Shown here: one piece after another, positions 1 to 13,650 of the stretch
How positions within the stretch are numbered: the first letter of the stretch is position 1
How the letters are laid out: each line of letters starts with the position of its first letter
DNA from: Octopus vulgaris
Lineage: Eukaryota
Direction: 5' to 3'
DNA: 64,000 nt
NCBI GenBank assembly: GCA_951406725.2
Contig: OX597823.1
Location: forward strand, 34,596,001-34,660,000
The notes under the pieces: generated by a model
What the model saw: the letters and a program-made list of their open reading frames with translations, nothing else
What the model was told of the DNA's origin: nothing
Database searches by the model: none
Program-made: the position numbers and the translations under genes

Positions 1-1144
1 GTTTAATTTAAAATATACTCTCCTTCATTTTCTACAATGCTCTTACAAGACCCCTCTTCTAAAGTTCACTTGTCTGTGACGAAAAGTACTCCCCCTTACT
101 GGTCTGACCTCGTCTACAGAATTCATAATTTTTCTGTCCAAATGATTTTGAAGACTGCGGAATAAATGATAAGCAGATGGAGCAATGTCCGACGAATATG
201 GTTGGTGGGGCATCGTTTCCCATTCAAACTACTCCAGCCTTTGGAATGTCATCATTGCTGTATTTGGCCTAGCAATATCCTGATGGAAGAACACCTTTCG
301 TCTTGAAACCAAAGATGGTCATTTTTCTTTTAGTGCTGACTTAAACCATTCAAACTGCTCACAGTAGATCTCCTTTGTTATCGTTTGGTTTGGATTTAAA
401 AGTTCGAAAAGGGCTAAACCTTTCATATCCCACTAAGTAGATGACAACACTTTACGTGGGTAAAGACCTTCTGTAGCCTGAGGTGTCGGTGTTTCTCCGT
501 TCCCTTTCGGCGCTTAATATTTTTATATAGGACCCATTTCTCGTCACCAGCCTATTCGGTTCAAAAACAGGTTCATTCATGAGACGGGACAGCAAAGAAG
601 AGTACACATCCACTCTCTACGCGCGATTAGACTCAGAAAGTTTGTGAGGAGCCCATTGACCCAAATTGCTGACTTTCCCGATGGCACACAGGTGTCGATG
701 AATGGTTGAATGACCAAATCCAAGCTTCTCTGCTAGTTCATCAATAGTTACGATGGAATTTTGTTCCATCAGGGTTTACAGGACGTCCTCTACAGATCTT
801 TCAGGACGAGGCTCATCTTGAAGGCTATAGTTTCCGGGTCCGAATTTCTGAAACCATCATTGACACTAGCTTACGCTTATTGTCCGATCCCCATATACTG
901 AATTAATATTACTCGTACTTTCTGTTGCATTGTTGCTTTTATTGAACTCATAAAACAAAATATGCTCCTTTGTCATTTCCATTATAGCTTTGAAAAAATA
1001 ACTGTTAAAATCGAACTGCACTCTTCAAGACTTGCATTAAAATAAATAAAAGGTAAAATTACTACCTGCTTTTATAGCAAGTTGACGCAGGTAGTTTATC
1101 CCCCCCCCTCCCGACTTTTAGTTCATGCAATTGAAAAAAACCGC

Positions 1145-1148
<4 letters not shown>
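1..1148 (-). mobile_element. Degenerate mariner transposon
   Basis: Minus-strand transposase remnants (GVFFHQD.ARP; EWETMPHQPYSSDIAPSAYHLFRSLQNHL). TIR remnant AAAAAACCGCATTA runs into (TA)n. Homologous to 6690-6902. Confidence 0.85.
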
Positions 1149-1213
<65 letters not shown>

Positions 1214-1254
1214 ATTTGAGGGAATATTATATATATATGATATAATATATATTA

Positions 1255-1323
<69 letters not shown>

Positions 1324-1474
1324 AAATGAAATAAATGAAAAACAGGACGCAAAGGATTTTGCGGTACATATGTTTCGGGTTTATAGAACAACTTATTCTT
1401 ACATCAATGTTCTATAAACCCGAAACATATGTACCGCAAAATCCTTTGCGTCCTGTTTTTCATTTATTTCATTT
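1324..1474. repeat. Perfect inverted repeat (67-bp arms, 17-bp spacer)
   Basis: 1324-1390 is the reverse complement of 1408-1474. Homologous to the hammerhead-bearing repeat at ~20575-20665. Confidence 0.92.
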
Positions 1475-1553
1475 AATACATATATCCTATCACCTATGCC
1501 ACTAGCTGGCATATACAGGTGCTTACATTTATCAAGTATTCATCCTGAATTTA

Positions 1554-1609
<56 letters not shown>

Positions 1610-1610
1610 C

Positions 1611-1667
<57 letters not shown>

Positions 1668-1671
<4 letters not shown>

Positions 1672-1880
1672 ACTCTTTTACTTGTTTCAGTCATTTGACT
1701 GCGGCCATGCTGGAGCACCGCCTTTAGTTGAGCAAATCGACCCCGGGACTTATTCTTTGTAAGCCCAGTACTTATTCTATCGGTCTCTTTTTGCCGAACC
1801 GCTAAGTGACGGGGACGTAAACACACCAGCATCGGTTGTCAAGCGATGGTGGGGGGACAAACACAGGCACACAAACATAT

Positions 1881-1944
<64 letters not shown>

Positions 1945-2098
1945 GACGGGCCTCTTTCAGTTTCCGTCTACCAAATCCACTCACAAGGCATTGGTCGGCC
2001 CGAGGCTATAGCAGAAGATACTTGCCCAAGATGCCACGCAGTGGGACTGAACCCGGAACGATGTGGTTGGTAAGCAAGCTACTTACCACACAGCCAAT
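1668..2098 (-). mobile_element. tRNA-headed SINE with internal (CA)n/(TA)n
   Basis: Minus-strand head TGGCTGTGTGGTAAG...GGTTCAGTCCCA (A/B-box-like). Related copies at ~23445-24100, ~38995-39350, ~59140-59645, ~60950-61105. Confidence 0.85.
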
Positions 2099-2859
2099 CC
2101 TGAATACAATCTGAAATACAACAATATCTGTTTCAACACACGACTTCACATAAAAAATATTGCACAACATACGGCAATCAATGCATCAATGCATTGAAAA
2201 TGGCGAGGGATTAATCAGCCAAGCCTTGTCGGCCTAAATCGTCTGTGAGTAGTGGGTAGATGTTACACCCACAATATTAGGTTAGATCCTGTTTCGCTGC
2301 TTACACTGTGGTAATAAAGAGATCAAATCACCGACAGAAAATTGTTTACAAAAACAAAACTGTTTCAAGTCAATGTTATACATTTAAATATAAGTGATGT
2401 AATAACATTATAGTGTTAGAAATTAATGTCAGTAGATTCGATGTTATTTTCCAAGTGCTGGTAACTCGAGAATTTGAAGGAGATTAATCTTGTTTCTTGA
2501 GAGAATTCATTTCCGTACAGATACTTGTGCAAATTTATGGAACTCAAACATAGTACAATACTTGTTGTTTTCGAATTTTCGGTGCCATATCCATATGAAT
2601 GTGAAACGACAGACATGCTATATGAAGTTTGAACGAAAGGTAGATGGTTATTTCTTATAGATGTTATTAAACACGAGTTAAGGGTTCAGTTGTTAAAAAC
2701 TTAGCTTTAACACAACCTTGTTTTAAAGACTTGAGGCTTTCTGTTATTGCTGCTGTTCAAATGCAAAATTGTTTGTACATTAAATCGAATTCATAATAAC
2801 AAATAAAAAACTGATTCTAAAATATCTTCAGTTCAAAACCATCGCCATCAGTGAGGGAT

Positions 2860-5077
2860 ACTGCATACACGAATGAAATTGCTCAAGTATTGACGTCTAC
2901 GGGTTAATTTTAACCCGTGGCATTCAAGACTTTTGAGAAATCTAGAGCGCTAAGCAAAGGTGTTGACTTCCATGTTGCTTCGTCTGACTGAAGATTCAGA
3001 TACGTTATAGGAGGACTTATGGCTGTTCTTACGCCACGGCCTCCCGATTGATCAATATCAAGAACTGAAAGATCAAAGAAGATGAAGAATCGAAACCTTA
3101 CAGCTTAGGTAACCAGGATCAGATCACATTTAAGTCAGATGATGTGTTATTAATCAATCAATTTTCTGGAATATCATCCCATATTAAAGAATGTACTATT
3201 TCATTCCAGTAATTCTTGCGCTTTTGTAGTTATACAGTATAAGCAACAACACGCGTAAACAAAGGAGAGTGGTGCAGTCCGAAAGCACAAGCAACAAGCC
3301 TTTTAACTCGACAAGTTTACTTGGCTGATGCTCAGCTCCGAGTTTAAAGGAACTTTTCTTCTAGGATGGACGGAGCATTATTCCCGCCTCATACAAAAAG
3401 TTAGGTTCTTCTATTTGTCTATTTGTACAAACCACATTTGTTCTAGCATACTGCTCCACACTACTGACAAGTAACAATGTAAAAATATACATATTGTGAT
3501 ATAGTTCGATAACCAACGATGGCGTTGGTTTTTTAATGAGACACCACGCAGTCTGTCATCATAGCAACATATCAAGATCCATCCGAACCTTATTTCCCAA
3601 TGACATTGATGAAATTTATTGGGTTTCTTTCGTTGATAAAATAAACGACGAAAAGAAAAAAAAGAAAACTTTTAAGTTTTACAGCGAGGAAGATACATAC
3701 GAGCCACTTAGAAATACGAAAAACTGTTAACTTTGCTAAATCATTTATATACGTCACACATATGTACGACAATCAATTTATGGGAAGCGACAAATCGATG
3801 TGTCTGTAATATGCGACCTGTTTGCAGATGATGCGACGATAACTTGTTTACGTAATTCGTTTTGTTAAACCGTTTTTTAGGTTTTGTTTTACAGCGTGAT
3901 TTTGTATGGCCTGTCTTACCAAACTTGAAGCATTATATATTTTTAAATGGACAGTTACTTTTAAAATGTAGACCACCGCACCCATAACATGAATTCGGTC
4001 TTGATTTTTTTTCTTTTTCTTCTTATCCGTTATCGGTCGACACGCATGAATATGAGAGCAACCGTTTTCTTCAATTTTATCTGCGTCATGTCTTAGATTT
4101 ATAATCCTCTGGTATTCTTCAGCTACTGCCTGTAGAGTTATTTTTTGGTCTTCTTCTAATTTTGTTAATATCCGGAAACGTTTATCTGCATCTTTGCTTG
4201 AACAAAAATTAGGCATTTGAACATGTCCGGGATTAATTAATTCAATTTGAAGTTTTCACACTTTCTGTTAACAACTCCAGCATAGGTGACGAAATCTTTT
4301 TGACCAAGTTTAAACACTGCCAGAGAATATTGAACAGGGAACTTCTTTCACTGAAAATTTTCGATAGAAAATTGTTTCATAGATATAAACCTCACTTGGT
4401 TTCATCGGCAGAATATAGTTACTATATTTTTCGTGTTCGTAATTGTTTCTCATCGGACCCATTTTTACATTCTTCTTTGAAGATTTCTTAGTATCTTCGA
4501 AAATATGCAGAAAAGATAATCCCTTCTGCTGGTGTATAGCTGAATTCTCCAACTGAATTTGTTACGCTGTCTGGCGAGTAAGAACCTGCAATATTTTCCG
4601 ACTTCTTGAACATTAATTCCAGCAACTGTTGGTTTTGTTGTTGCTGTTGTAGTTGTTGTTTCAGCAGCTGTTGTGGGTGTTATTGTAGTTGCTGTTGTTG
4701 TTACTGCTGTTGCAACTGCACCACGGAGGCCAATAAGTCCTCCCTGTTAAAACAGCCTTTTCTTTGGTTTCGTATAAAAAAAATTCTAAACGTCCAACGC
4801 AAGCTTCGAACAACTCGTCGCCACTTTTATATCCTGGTGTTGGATAAATAATTTATCGAACCAGGGGGAAAGAAATATTTACACGATGCACTACGATTAC
4901 TGTTACACGAGGTTAAAACGCTCTCTGCCAACGGCTCACAGTGAAGTGCTTACCCTGAACCGTTCTTTATTTTATAGCAATGTGTCAGTCCACTTTTAGT
5001 CACATGGGGCTGGTCGGAATCTTTCCACAACAAATCCAGACGACATACTTTGTTCGTCTGGGGGTCTCTGTCACACA
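2860..5077 (-). mobile_element. Degenerate Ty3/Gypsy LTR retrotransposon (5' LTR, PBS, gag, pol fragments)
   Basis: PBS-like TGGCGACGAG at 4814-4823 (minus) following an LTR-like segment starting TGTG at ~5077. Frameshifted gag (EFSYTPAEGIIFSAYFRRY; RFRILTKLEEDQKITLQAVAEEYQRIINLRHD). Confidence 0.75.
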
Positions 5078-5103
5078 ATACTTGTAATAATATGGGACAA
5101 TTA

Positions 5104-5943
5104 CCGTATTTGCTAGTGTATAAGACGCGTCTATTGTTATAATTTTAAATGTATCGAAAAATTGCTCAACGTCAAATGCGGCCATACTATTATGGCTGAG
5201 GGACCGAATGTTATAAGCTGAATGAACATAAATCAGCTAGATAATATAATTGTTAGCAATAAAAGATATTGAAAATTAGCCAAAATATCGGTTTGTTAGC
5301 ACAGACTTACGAAAAATCGCTTTTGGTAGTTGGCAGTTTTTTGGGGAGGTCACACTATCTCATTATACTTCCTTCTTCAGCATACATATCCCACACCTAA
5401 TATATGCCTCACATTATCTAATGGCTCTGTTACCTTTAAGAAACATTTTTTTAATTATCTACATTTTTTAATTATCTAGATGAAAAATTCTCCTTGAAAG
5501 ATTACAGGAATATGAAACCGTCACCCGCTTGTCAGCTATTTACAGTGATTTAATGGCAGCAAAACCATTGCGGTAGTTCCCACCCGGGTGGTCGGTCGCA
5601 GTAACACAAAACAACACAACCGATAAATGCGAGTTTTACATCCGGAATGGCAATTATTTTGACAAAAATATAAACAACTCTACAATTGATCTGGTTGAAA
5701 TGCAATACCCTCATAACAAAGTTTATTCATGATAAATTTATGGTTTCATACTTCATTGCAGTATACTGTTGCAATATTGTACTTACTTGCACGCAATCAT
5801 ACATTTTCACTTTACAAAACAACTTTAATATTTTTCAATAGGTGCAGCATCAGACATACTAAGTTCATTTTTTCCCACAAAATATGCTGGTAAAGTAGGG
5901 TGCATCTTATGCAAAGGTGCGTCTTATACGTCAGCAAATGTGG
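5104..5943. mobile_element. Non-autonomous Tc1/pogo-superfamily element
   Basis: Imperfect TIRs CCGTATTTGCTAGTGTATAAGACGC ... GCGTCTTATACGTCAGCAAATGTGG, flanked by TA on both sides. Confidence 0.75.
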
Positions 5944-6188
5944 TATTTCAATAATTTTGATCATCCCTGGAGTGTATTACGATTTATAATCGACTGTGAG
6001 GCTCAGTCAACATGTTTACAGAAAAATACGCCCACAAGATCTGTTGTTACGACTAAAATCCATAATACAGTGCCCCGGCAAAAATACTGCTCTACTATTT
6101 CAATGAAGATTTACAAATTTTAATGGGTCTTACTATAATTCTTTTAAATGTCTTTATGTTTTCTCAGACGAAAATGTTTGCTGGTGCA

Positions 6189-6265
<77 letters not shown>

Positions 6266-6611
6266 GTGTGTACTTTACAGGGATGTAATTGTAAAGCAAG
6301 TATTTTGATTAGAGGTCTTGTGCTGAAACTGAAGCCATTGCAGCATGGAAGACATAGGTCAGCCATCCAGAAGCACATGAAGGCCATTATCTTCACTCAG
6401 ACATTTATTTGTAAAAATGATGCAAAAATTTTCGTCGCTCAAAATTTCCATCTATTCACTGACGAAAAATTTATGACAACATTCCAAATAAATAGTGCGT
6501 GTTTACTGGCAGAAAAAAGCCAATCCCCAAATATAACAACATCTGTTTCAATACACGATTTAACATCAAGAATTTGGCAAAGCAAACACATAAGCGTATA
6601 TTATATATGTG

Positions 6612-6646
<35 letters not shown>

Positions 6647-6689
6647 ATGTGTGTGTGTGTATGTGTGTGTGTGTGTGTGTGTGTATGTA

Positions 6690-6902
6690 TTGGGTTATCC
6701 CATAAATAATGCGGCTTTTTTATACTTCTTTTATTTTTCAAAATTAAGATAAACTTCTTTGTTAATCTAAAATATACTCTCCTTACTTTCCTACACTGCA
6801 CTTCATTCTATCTGGTAGACCTGCAAGGCCCCTCTTCCAAAATTCACTTGTCTGTGACGAAAAATACTCCTCCAGTACTCTTCTGACCTCGTCTACAGAA
6901 TC
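6690..6902 (-). mobile_element. Mariner end fragment, same family as 1-1148
   Basis: TIR TTGGGTTATCCCATAAATAATGCGG followed by sequence aligning to positions ~1-122. Confidence 0.8.
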
Positions 6903-7302
6903 TATGCTTGGCTGAGAGGGCAAAAATCCTGAAAAACCTCGCTCGAACTGAGGACCTTCTTAAACTCTTGGAAAAAAGTATTCAGTCAATGTCCTCATCT
7001 AAAATGTTTCCTACTTCAGACTTGGAATTCTCCATTCATTGAAAAGTCCCGCCACAGCTCTTTCGAATATCGCCATTGCCGGAGCAGATGTAAGGGGGAT
7101 AGCCCCGTCCCGCCGCAGCACGGGCAGTCATCTTTTGTTTACAAAACCAAGTGATCGTTAAGTATTTCTCCCTCCGGTTGCAGTGAGGTTATGCGCCTTC
7201 AGCCATTTAATTCCGACGAGTGGCCTATACTGATAAGCGTTTTATTAGTGCGAAACTAATGGTCACTCTATGATCACCCATAACTTTTAACTTCCTAAAA
7301 TA

Positions 7303-7519
7303 CGAGGTAATGCTGCAAAGTTCCTGGCTTTGGGTAAAAGAAAATACAGAAGGATCAGTTAATTATGATTTAATTCGACATATTCCACTCTTAGATTCAC
7401 ACACTTATTGCAACGGTCTTTCTGCTTTTCTAGGCCCTGTAAAATAACTCAGAATGTTGGGCTTTCAACCAAGAGATTCATAATATCCTTAAAGCCAGGA
7501 ACATTTCAGACCCTCCTCG
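7303..7519. mobile_element. Mariner-type MITE
   Basis: TIRs CGAGG...AAAGTTCCTGGCTTT / AAAGCCAGGAACATTTCAG...CCTCG. Confidence 0.7.
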
Positions 7520-7692
7520 TGTGTGCCTCTGTGTGTGTGTATGTGTGTGTGTGATCGACTTGAAAAATTGTCAAGATATTAAAGCTATTTTTCTTAACAT
7601 AAAACCAATGGTAGCCTTAATACAAAAATAAAAAATTTGACCCACCAATGCGGTGTTGAATACTCATTCTCGTCCGTCGACATTTACTTATA

Positions 7693-7749
<57 letters not shown>

Positions 7750-7752
7750 ATA

Positions 7753-7801
<49 letters not shown>

Positions 7802-8199
7802 ACTTTGTGGAGATTATTTTATATAGTTTTACTAAGTATAAAAAGGTTTTTATTAATAATTTTTTTTTAAAAAGGTATAAATTCTTTATCAAAACGTCAC
7901 TCACCTTTGTGGAAGAAGTTTCTTTCTAGTGTTCTAGTGTGTGTAAGCGCTTTCGATTATCTTTTCAAACACACGTGTTCTTGGATAATGTATGGAAGAG
8001 GAAGTTGTTATTTTTGTAGTAGTGTTACTATTAACTATTTCTAGTTTATTTTCGGACTTAGGGCTTTCATGAAGTTATCTTCCGTTGTCTTTCATTGTTC
8101 TTCATTTGTCTTTGATAGTAAATATTCTTTTACCGTTGTTTATAATATAAAGTGTTGACTATTAGTTTCGGATTTTAGATTCTTACAAAGTATTCTTCT

Positions 8200-9160
8200 T
8201 TTGACTTCCGTAGTTGATCATTTTCATCGTTTAGTTTGAAAATAGGAATATTTTCAATTTTCCATTTGCACAAATATCTAGAAGTTCACTGCATGAAACA
8301 TTCGTAGGAGATGAATCCCGAATTTGTTGTTAATCCACATTTACACGGCTGGTCAGTTTCCTTCCTGTCTCCCCAATGTAGTTTTCATTACATTGTGGGC
8401 ATGTGAGGCAGTAGATAAGTTTTTTTTGTTGTTGTTTTGCAATTCATGTTTGTATTCACTTTTAATTCCTTCCCATTCTTGAATCTTTTGGTTGCCTCTC
8501 GTTCAATTAATTCGCATATCCCACAACGGAGGTCTCTACAGTTGGCTACTTGCATCGTTTCTTTTTCAAATATGAATCTCGCCTTTGTTAGGAGTCTCTT
8601 GAGGTTTGGTGGTTGTCTTCAACTGTTGATAATTTATGATTTTTTTAAATTATTCGTTGGAGATTTTGTGTTTTATGTAGAATTGGGAGTTATCATTTGG
8701 CTGAGTGCAAGATGTTGTGGTTCCTAGGATTGTGGGTGACTACAAATGGAATATTTGTATTTGTATTTTTAATTTCACATCTAGGCTGAGTTTTTCTCCG
8801 TAAGATAGAGATCGGGATTTCCTTTGCTTTTGTTATGGCATGTTCAATTAACTTGTTGGGGTATTTTTGTTTCTAAAGGAATATATTGCGTTCAGCCGGT
8901 CGTCTCTCTCGTCTAACGGTATCGGTGACTATTGAGCATATGCGCCTTGCCATATTAAATAGTATATTCTTTTTTGTTTGGAAAGGGTGGCAAGATCTAA
9001 AGTCTAAATATTGGTGTGTGTCAGTGTTCTTGTAGTAGAGGTCAGTTGTAACTGTTTCATTTTCTTTAATTATCAGAATATCCAGAAAGGATATATAATG
9101 AATTGAATTGAGACATGAATGCTATTTATTAATTTAAGAAATTTTGTAAGGTCATCCTTA
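8200..9160 (-). mobile_element. Degenerate Penelope-like element (RT C-terminus plus GIY-YIG)
   Basis: Minus strand FLDILIIKENETVTTDLYYKNTDTHQYLDFRSCHP...NMARRICSIV, and NLIYCLTCPQCNENYIGETGRKLTSR (GIY-YIG endonuclease). Confidence 0.85.
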
Positions 9161-9592
9161 CTTTGGTTCCAAAATATGAAGCAGTCATCAAAGAATCTTT
9201 TCCAGTTTCCTATAAGATAGGTTTGGAAATGGTGGTCAAAAGTACTTCTGGACAGGGCGTAGATTTTTTCCTTCTAGGTATCCCCCCACGTATACACACA
9301 TATTCACACACACACACACATACATATATACATATATGTGCATGCGTGCGTGTGTATGAATTAAGGCTATTGGTTTCATGTTAAGAAAAGTAGGAAAATA
9401 TCCTGGTGTCGTAACAATTTTTCAAGCCGATAACATGGAGAAAGGTGTTCGCCTCTATGCGATCGGCTTAAAAATTGTTAAGGCACTAGGATATTTCCCT
9501 ACTTTTTGTAAATATGAAATCAATAGTAGTCTTAATTCACAAATAAAGAAATTAAATCGATCAATGCGGCATTGAGCACTCATCTTCATTAT

Positions 9593-9633
<41 letters not shown>

Positions 9634-9837
9634 CAGTAATCCCTCACTATATCGCGGTTCACATATCGCGGTTTATTATTTAAGCTTACGTCGATTCCTC
9701 CGTCTTGTTGTTTTGCATTTATTATAAAATAAATATATACAAATTATAAAAATAATAAAAAAAGATATACTTCGCGGATTTTCACCTATTATGAGGCCTT
9801 TTGAAACGTAACACCTGTGATAGACGAGGGATTACTG
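9634..9837. mobile_element. Tigger/pogo-type MITE
   Basis: TIRs CAGTAATCCCTC ... GAGGGATTACTG, inserted in a TA run. Confidence 0.75.
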
Positions 9838-10013
9838 GATATATATATATCTTAAGGTAGCAAAAAAATTTAGAAAAATTCTTTGCTACCAGTGGTCTAG
9901 CGAGAAGAAACAATTAGTCAATAGACTATATATTTTTCATATAAAAATACAGTGTACATTTAAACACATAAGAGATGGCCATAACAGGATATATATATAT
10001 ATATATACGTACA

Positions 10014-10056
10014 CATTTCTGATGAAACTACAGGAGTAGTTGAAAGCGCTAATATG
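10014..10056 (+). ncRNA. Minimal type-I hammerhead ribozyme motif
   Basis: cattt-CTGATGA-aactac(agga)gtagtt-GAAA-GCGC-TA-atatg. Full core, perfect 6-bp stem II, palindromic stem III (AGCGCT), CUA cleavage triplet. Confidence 0.75.
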
Positions 10057-10127
10057 AAGAAATAATATGTGATATGTAAATAAATATATATTTTTACAAC
10101 CATCCAGCATTCTGAACACCTTTTTTC

Positions 10128-10180
<53 letters not shown>

Positions 10181-10385
10181 ACCCGGATATACATAACCGC
10201 CTACACCCGGATATATCTCTGCAAAATCTTTCCTTAGTTGGGCTCTGCTGCCCAGCCCAAATCTTGAGTGCAACATGAAACGTGATTGTTTTCTCCAAGT
10301 GGTGCTATTAATTAGTCATGGTTTGAACCATTAATGCCCAAAGCTTATATAAGTACCTCTATGTCCGTGTGTTTGTGTGTGTGTG

Positions 10386-10427
<42 letters not shown>

Positions 10428-11329
10428 TGTGTGTGTGTATATTGTTTTCATTTTATCATGGAAAGAGTAAAACAGGCTTGCCGTAAAGTTCAAAATAAGA
10501 GAAAAGAAAATAAGGAGAGAACGAAATGTAAAAAAAACAAAAAAACAATGTGGCAAAACAATTCCGTCGGATATCTGCTCCACATTTTATTAATCTTATA
10601 ATATCTTTGATATTAATCTAGGAAGAATTATTTTCTTGAATATTAATGAAGTATTAACGTTTTTCGAAGCAAAAGATTAAAATTAATTTATGGTTGGAAT
10701 TTAAGTGGTAACATATAGGAAATATGAAATAGGATATACACGCGTTTCTATTAGGTTACACTTATATTGAATAGACGATCGGATATGTACACGGATGTTT
10801 ATTTAATTAAACACTCATTAACAGTTACTTCGACACAGAGAATATGTAAAAAAAAATATGTAACTGACAATGTATGATTTTCTTAAAGCAAACAAGGAAC
10901 TTTAAAATGTTTATTTTCATATATAACAAATAAACTTGTACAACTTTTAAAACATTGTCATTTTATAAGCTTTTGCTGGAAAAATTTTAAATTAACATAA
11001 ATATTTATTTACACGAATGAAAATTACCGGAGAACTTCCATCTAATTCTTCCAAATCTTTCTGTTAAAACTGTATTGAAACCATTTGAGAGAAATTTATT
11101 TTTATAAGGAACTGATTTGGAAAAATCGAAAGATATATTTTAGTGACGTTTTAAAAAATGATAATGGTACTGATGTCTTACCGTATGAGAACACCGAAAT
11201 ATAGTTGATGATGAAACCAAACCGGACAATATTAAACATTTGGTTCGTCTAAATATGCCGACTCTACCAATTTAGTTATTGCTCTTCTATCAAGAAAGAA
11301 TCATAGGTGAAGGCGCGTGGTTTAGTGCT

Positions 11330-11956
11330 AAGTGGTTTGTGGGGTATTTGCAACTCCGTCGTGTGACTTTTAGAGGCCCCTTGCAGCTTTTTGTTTCGAG
11401 GCCCTTTACTTCAATCAAAATTCATAATCTATGCACCTTTTATTCATAACTATATTTTACTTTATTCTGTCTGAAGTTCAATATTTCACGTTATCCTAAA
11501 GAACATCTTTAAAAGTACAACGAGTTAAATTTACTCAAGTCTATTACAATTTTCAATAAGTAAAACTTCCAGATATGAATAAAAGAGCGTTTTTATAATC
11601 CAGGCAACTTTCAAAGACAAACACGGCACACTTTTCACTTCACGAAATCATTGATCAGTTCAGAATAATCAAGCTGAGAGTTAAGTTCGTGTTCAATTGA
11701 TATCAGAGACAATCCACAAAGTCTGCTACACGTTCGTGGTATAATGTAATATTTTTACGAGAACTTTTGCAGGTACAATGTATTATCACCATTTTATTTC
11801 TTGAAATTTTCAGTTAAAATAGTTTAATTCTTGTTCAACATCTTAACCAAAGTAAATAGATGATTTATTCACGTACTTTGATATTAACATGGGGCCCCCT
11901 TAACTGCGGAAACCCCCTGCGATCGCAGGGGTTTCAGGGGCTTAGCAACGGCCCTG
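11330..11956 (-). mobile_element. hAT transposon remnant inserted into a tRNA-SINE head
   Basis: Minus strand RLCGLSLISIEHELNSQLDYSELINDF (hAT C-terminal dimerisation region). End TIR-like CAGGGCC with GGGCCCC subterminal motifs. SINE head resumes after 11956. Confidence 0.6.
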
Positions 11957-12986
11957 AGTATTCGGCTCCCGATCGTAAGGCGACTCGCTGTGTCCTTGAG
12001 CAAGACACTTTATTTCACGTTACTCCTCTCTACTCAGCTGGCAAAATTGTTCTGTACCTGTAATTCAAGGGCTCAGCCTTGCCACATTCTGTGTCACGCT
12101 GGATTTCCCTGAGAACTAAGGGCACGTGCATCTGTGGAATACTCGGCCCAATTGTAATTTAATGGTTGAAAGAAAAATATGAATTGGGAGTGAGTTCCAG
12201 AAGTATATCGTACTAAAGAAGAAGGACTGGGTATTTGGTGGTTAGCGCAAAATCTAAGAATGGACACACTGGTGGCTTCCTGCCGGATCCCACTATCGCA
12301 GTGTAAGTTCATGGTACTTCTCTCGAAAACCACCACCACCACCACCACCACCATTACCACCACCACCATAACCACCATCACCACCATCCAAACACACTTT
12401 ATTCTACCAACTCTTTTCTCGACAAGTTTATTTTTATACACGAATGACCTACATACGTCACGGATGAGACGTGAAACTGGTAGGACAAAAACTGTGCGGA
12501 ATCCTGTCGGATGCATGGTACCAGTGATTCAAAAGATATAACCTTGTCGCACTGTGCCTCAGATTTTGTTTGGGAATTACGTTAAAGATACACACGTACG
12601 TGGAATACTCGGCCACTTCCATGCTAATTCAGGAGCAGGTAAATCAATTAATTGAACAATTGAACCCTCATCGACAAACGACGGAGATCCACCACCACCA
12701 CTACCGCCACCAAATAGTAACAGTAATAGGAATTAAGAAAGCAGGGCAATAATTTATAGATGTAATTAATTTTCACTGACGTATGTTTTATTTTTAGAAT
12801 TACCAACTTACCCTGACGTATAATTGTAACTAATCCGTAAAGACTTTAATTTTCTTCAAGAATAACTTCAACTACATTTAAATGCTGGAAGAATATTAAG
12901 AGGGTCTCTGATGAAAATTATCGCAGGAGAACAATCTGGAATAGCTGTATCCATGACAAAATATATATTTTTAAAATGATGCTTTT

Positions 12987-13650
12987 ATCTCTTATGATAA
13001 AAGGCAGATTTTCTCTGCCTGTGACTATGTTTCTTTTTAATACAATTGTACAATATAGAATTTCTTCAATTGGAATTTACCTATGATTTTTCGAAGTAGA
13101 TTCGATTGGGTCATCTCTTATGATAAAAGGCAGATTTTCTCTGCCTGTGACTATGTTTCTTTTTAATACAATTGTACAATATAGAATTTCTTCAACTGGA
13201 ATTTACCTATGATTTTTCGAAGTAGATTCGATTGGGTCATGGCATATAAATTTTTTTCAATTTGACCCCCAATTAAGCAAAAATTCGAGAAAAATAAATA
13301 TTTTACGATTTGCCTCTCTCATTTCAAGTGCTTCACTCCTTCTATTACCACACTTTCTCCTACTTTCTCTTTGCAAGTGTACCTTAAACCACTACTCAAA
13401 AAAAAAAAAAAAATACAGAGGAAACAGAAACAAATAAATACATAACGATTTACTCCTCACACAATTTCTTCAATTGGAAATTACCTATGATTTTTCGAAG
13501 TACATTCCATTGGGTCATGGCATATAAATTTCTTTCAATTTGACCCCCAATTAAGCAAAAATTCGAGAAAACTCAATATTTTACGATTTCCCTCTCTCAC
13601 TTCAAATGCTTTACTCCTTCTATTACCACACTTTCTCCTACTTTCTCTTT
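12987..13650. repeat. Nested direct duplications (126-bp tandem pair plus ~185-bp repeat at ~278-bp offset)
   Basis: 12987-13112 is repeated almost exactly at 13113-13240. ~13185-13370 is repeated at ~13463-13650. Confidence 0.85.

Noticed and set aside
4606-4851. Cys-rich metallothionein-like ORF
   Set aside because: It is the antisense reading of a CAA/CAG poly-Gln tract at the start of the Gypsy gag.
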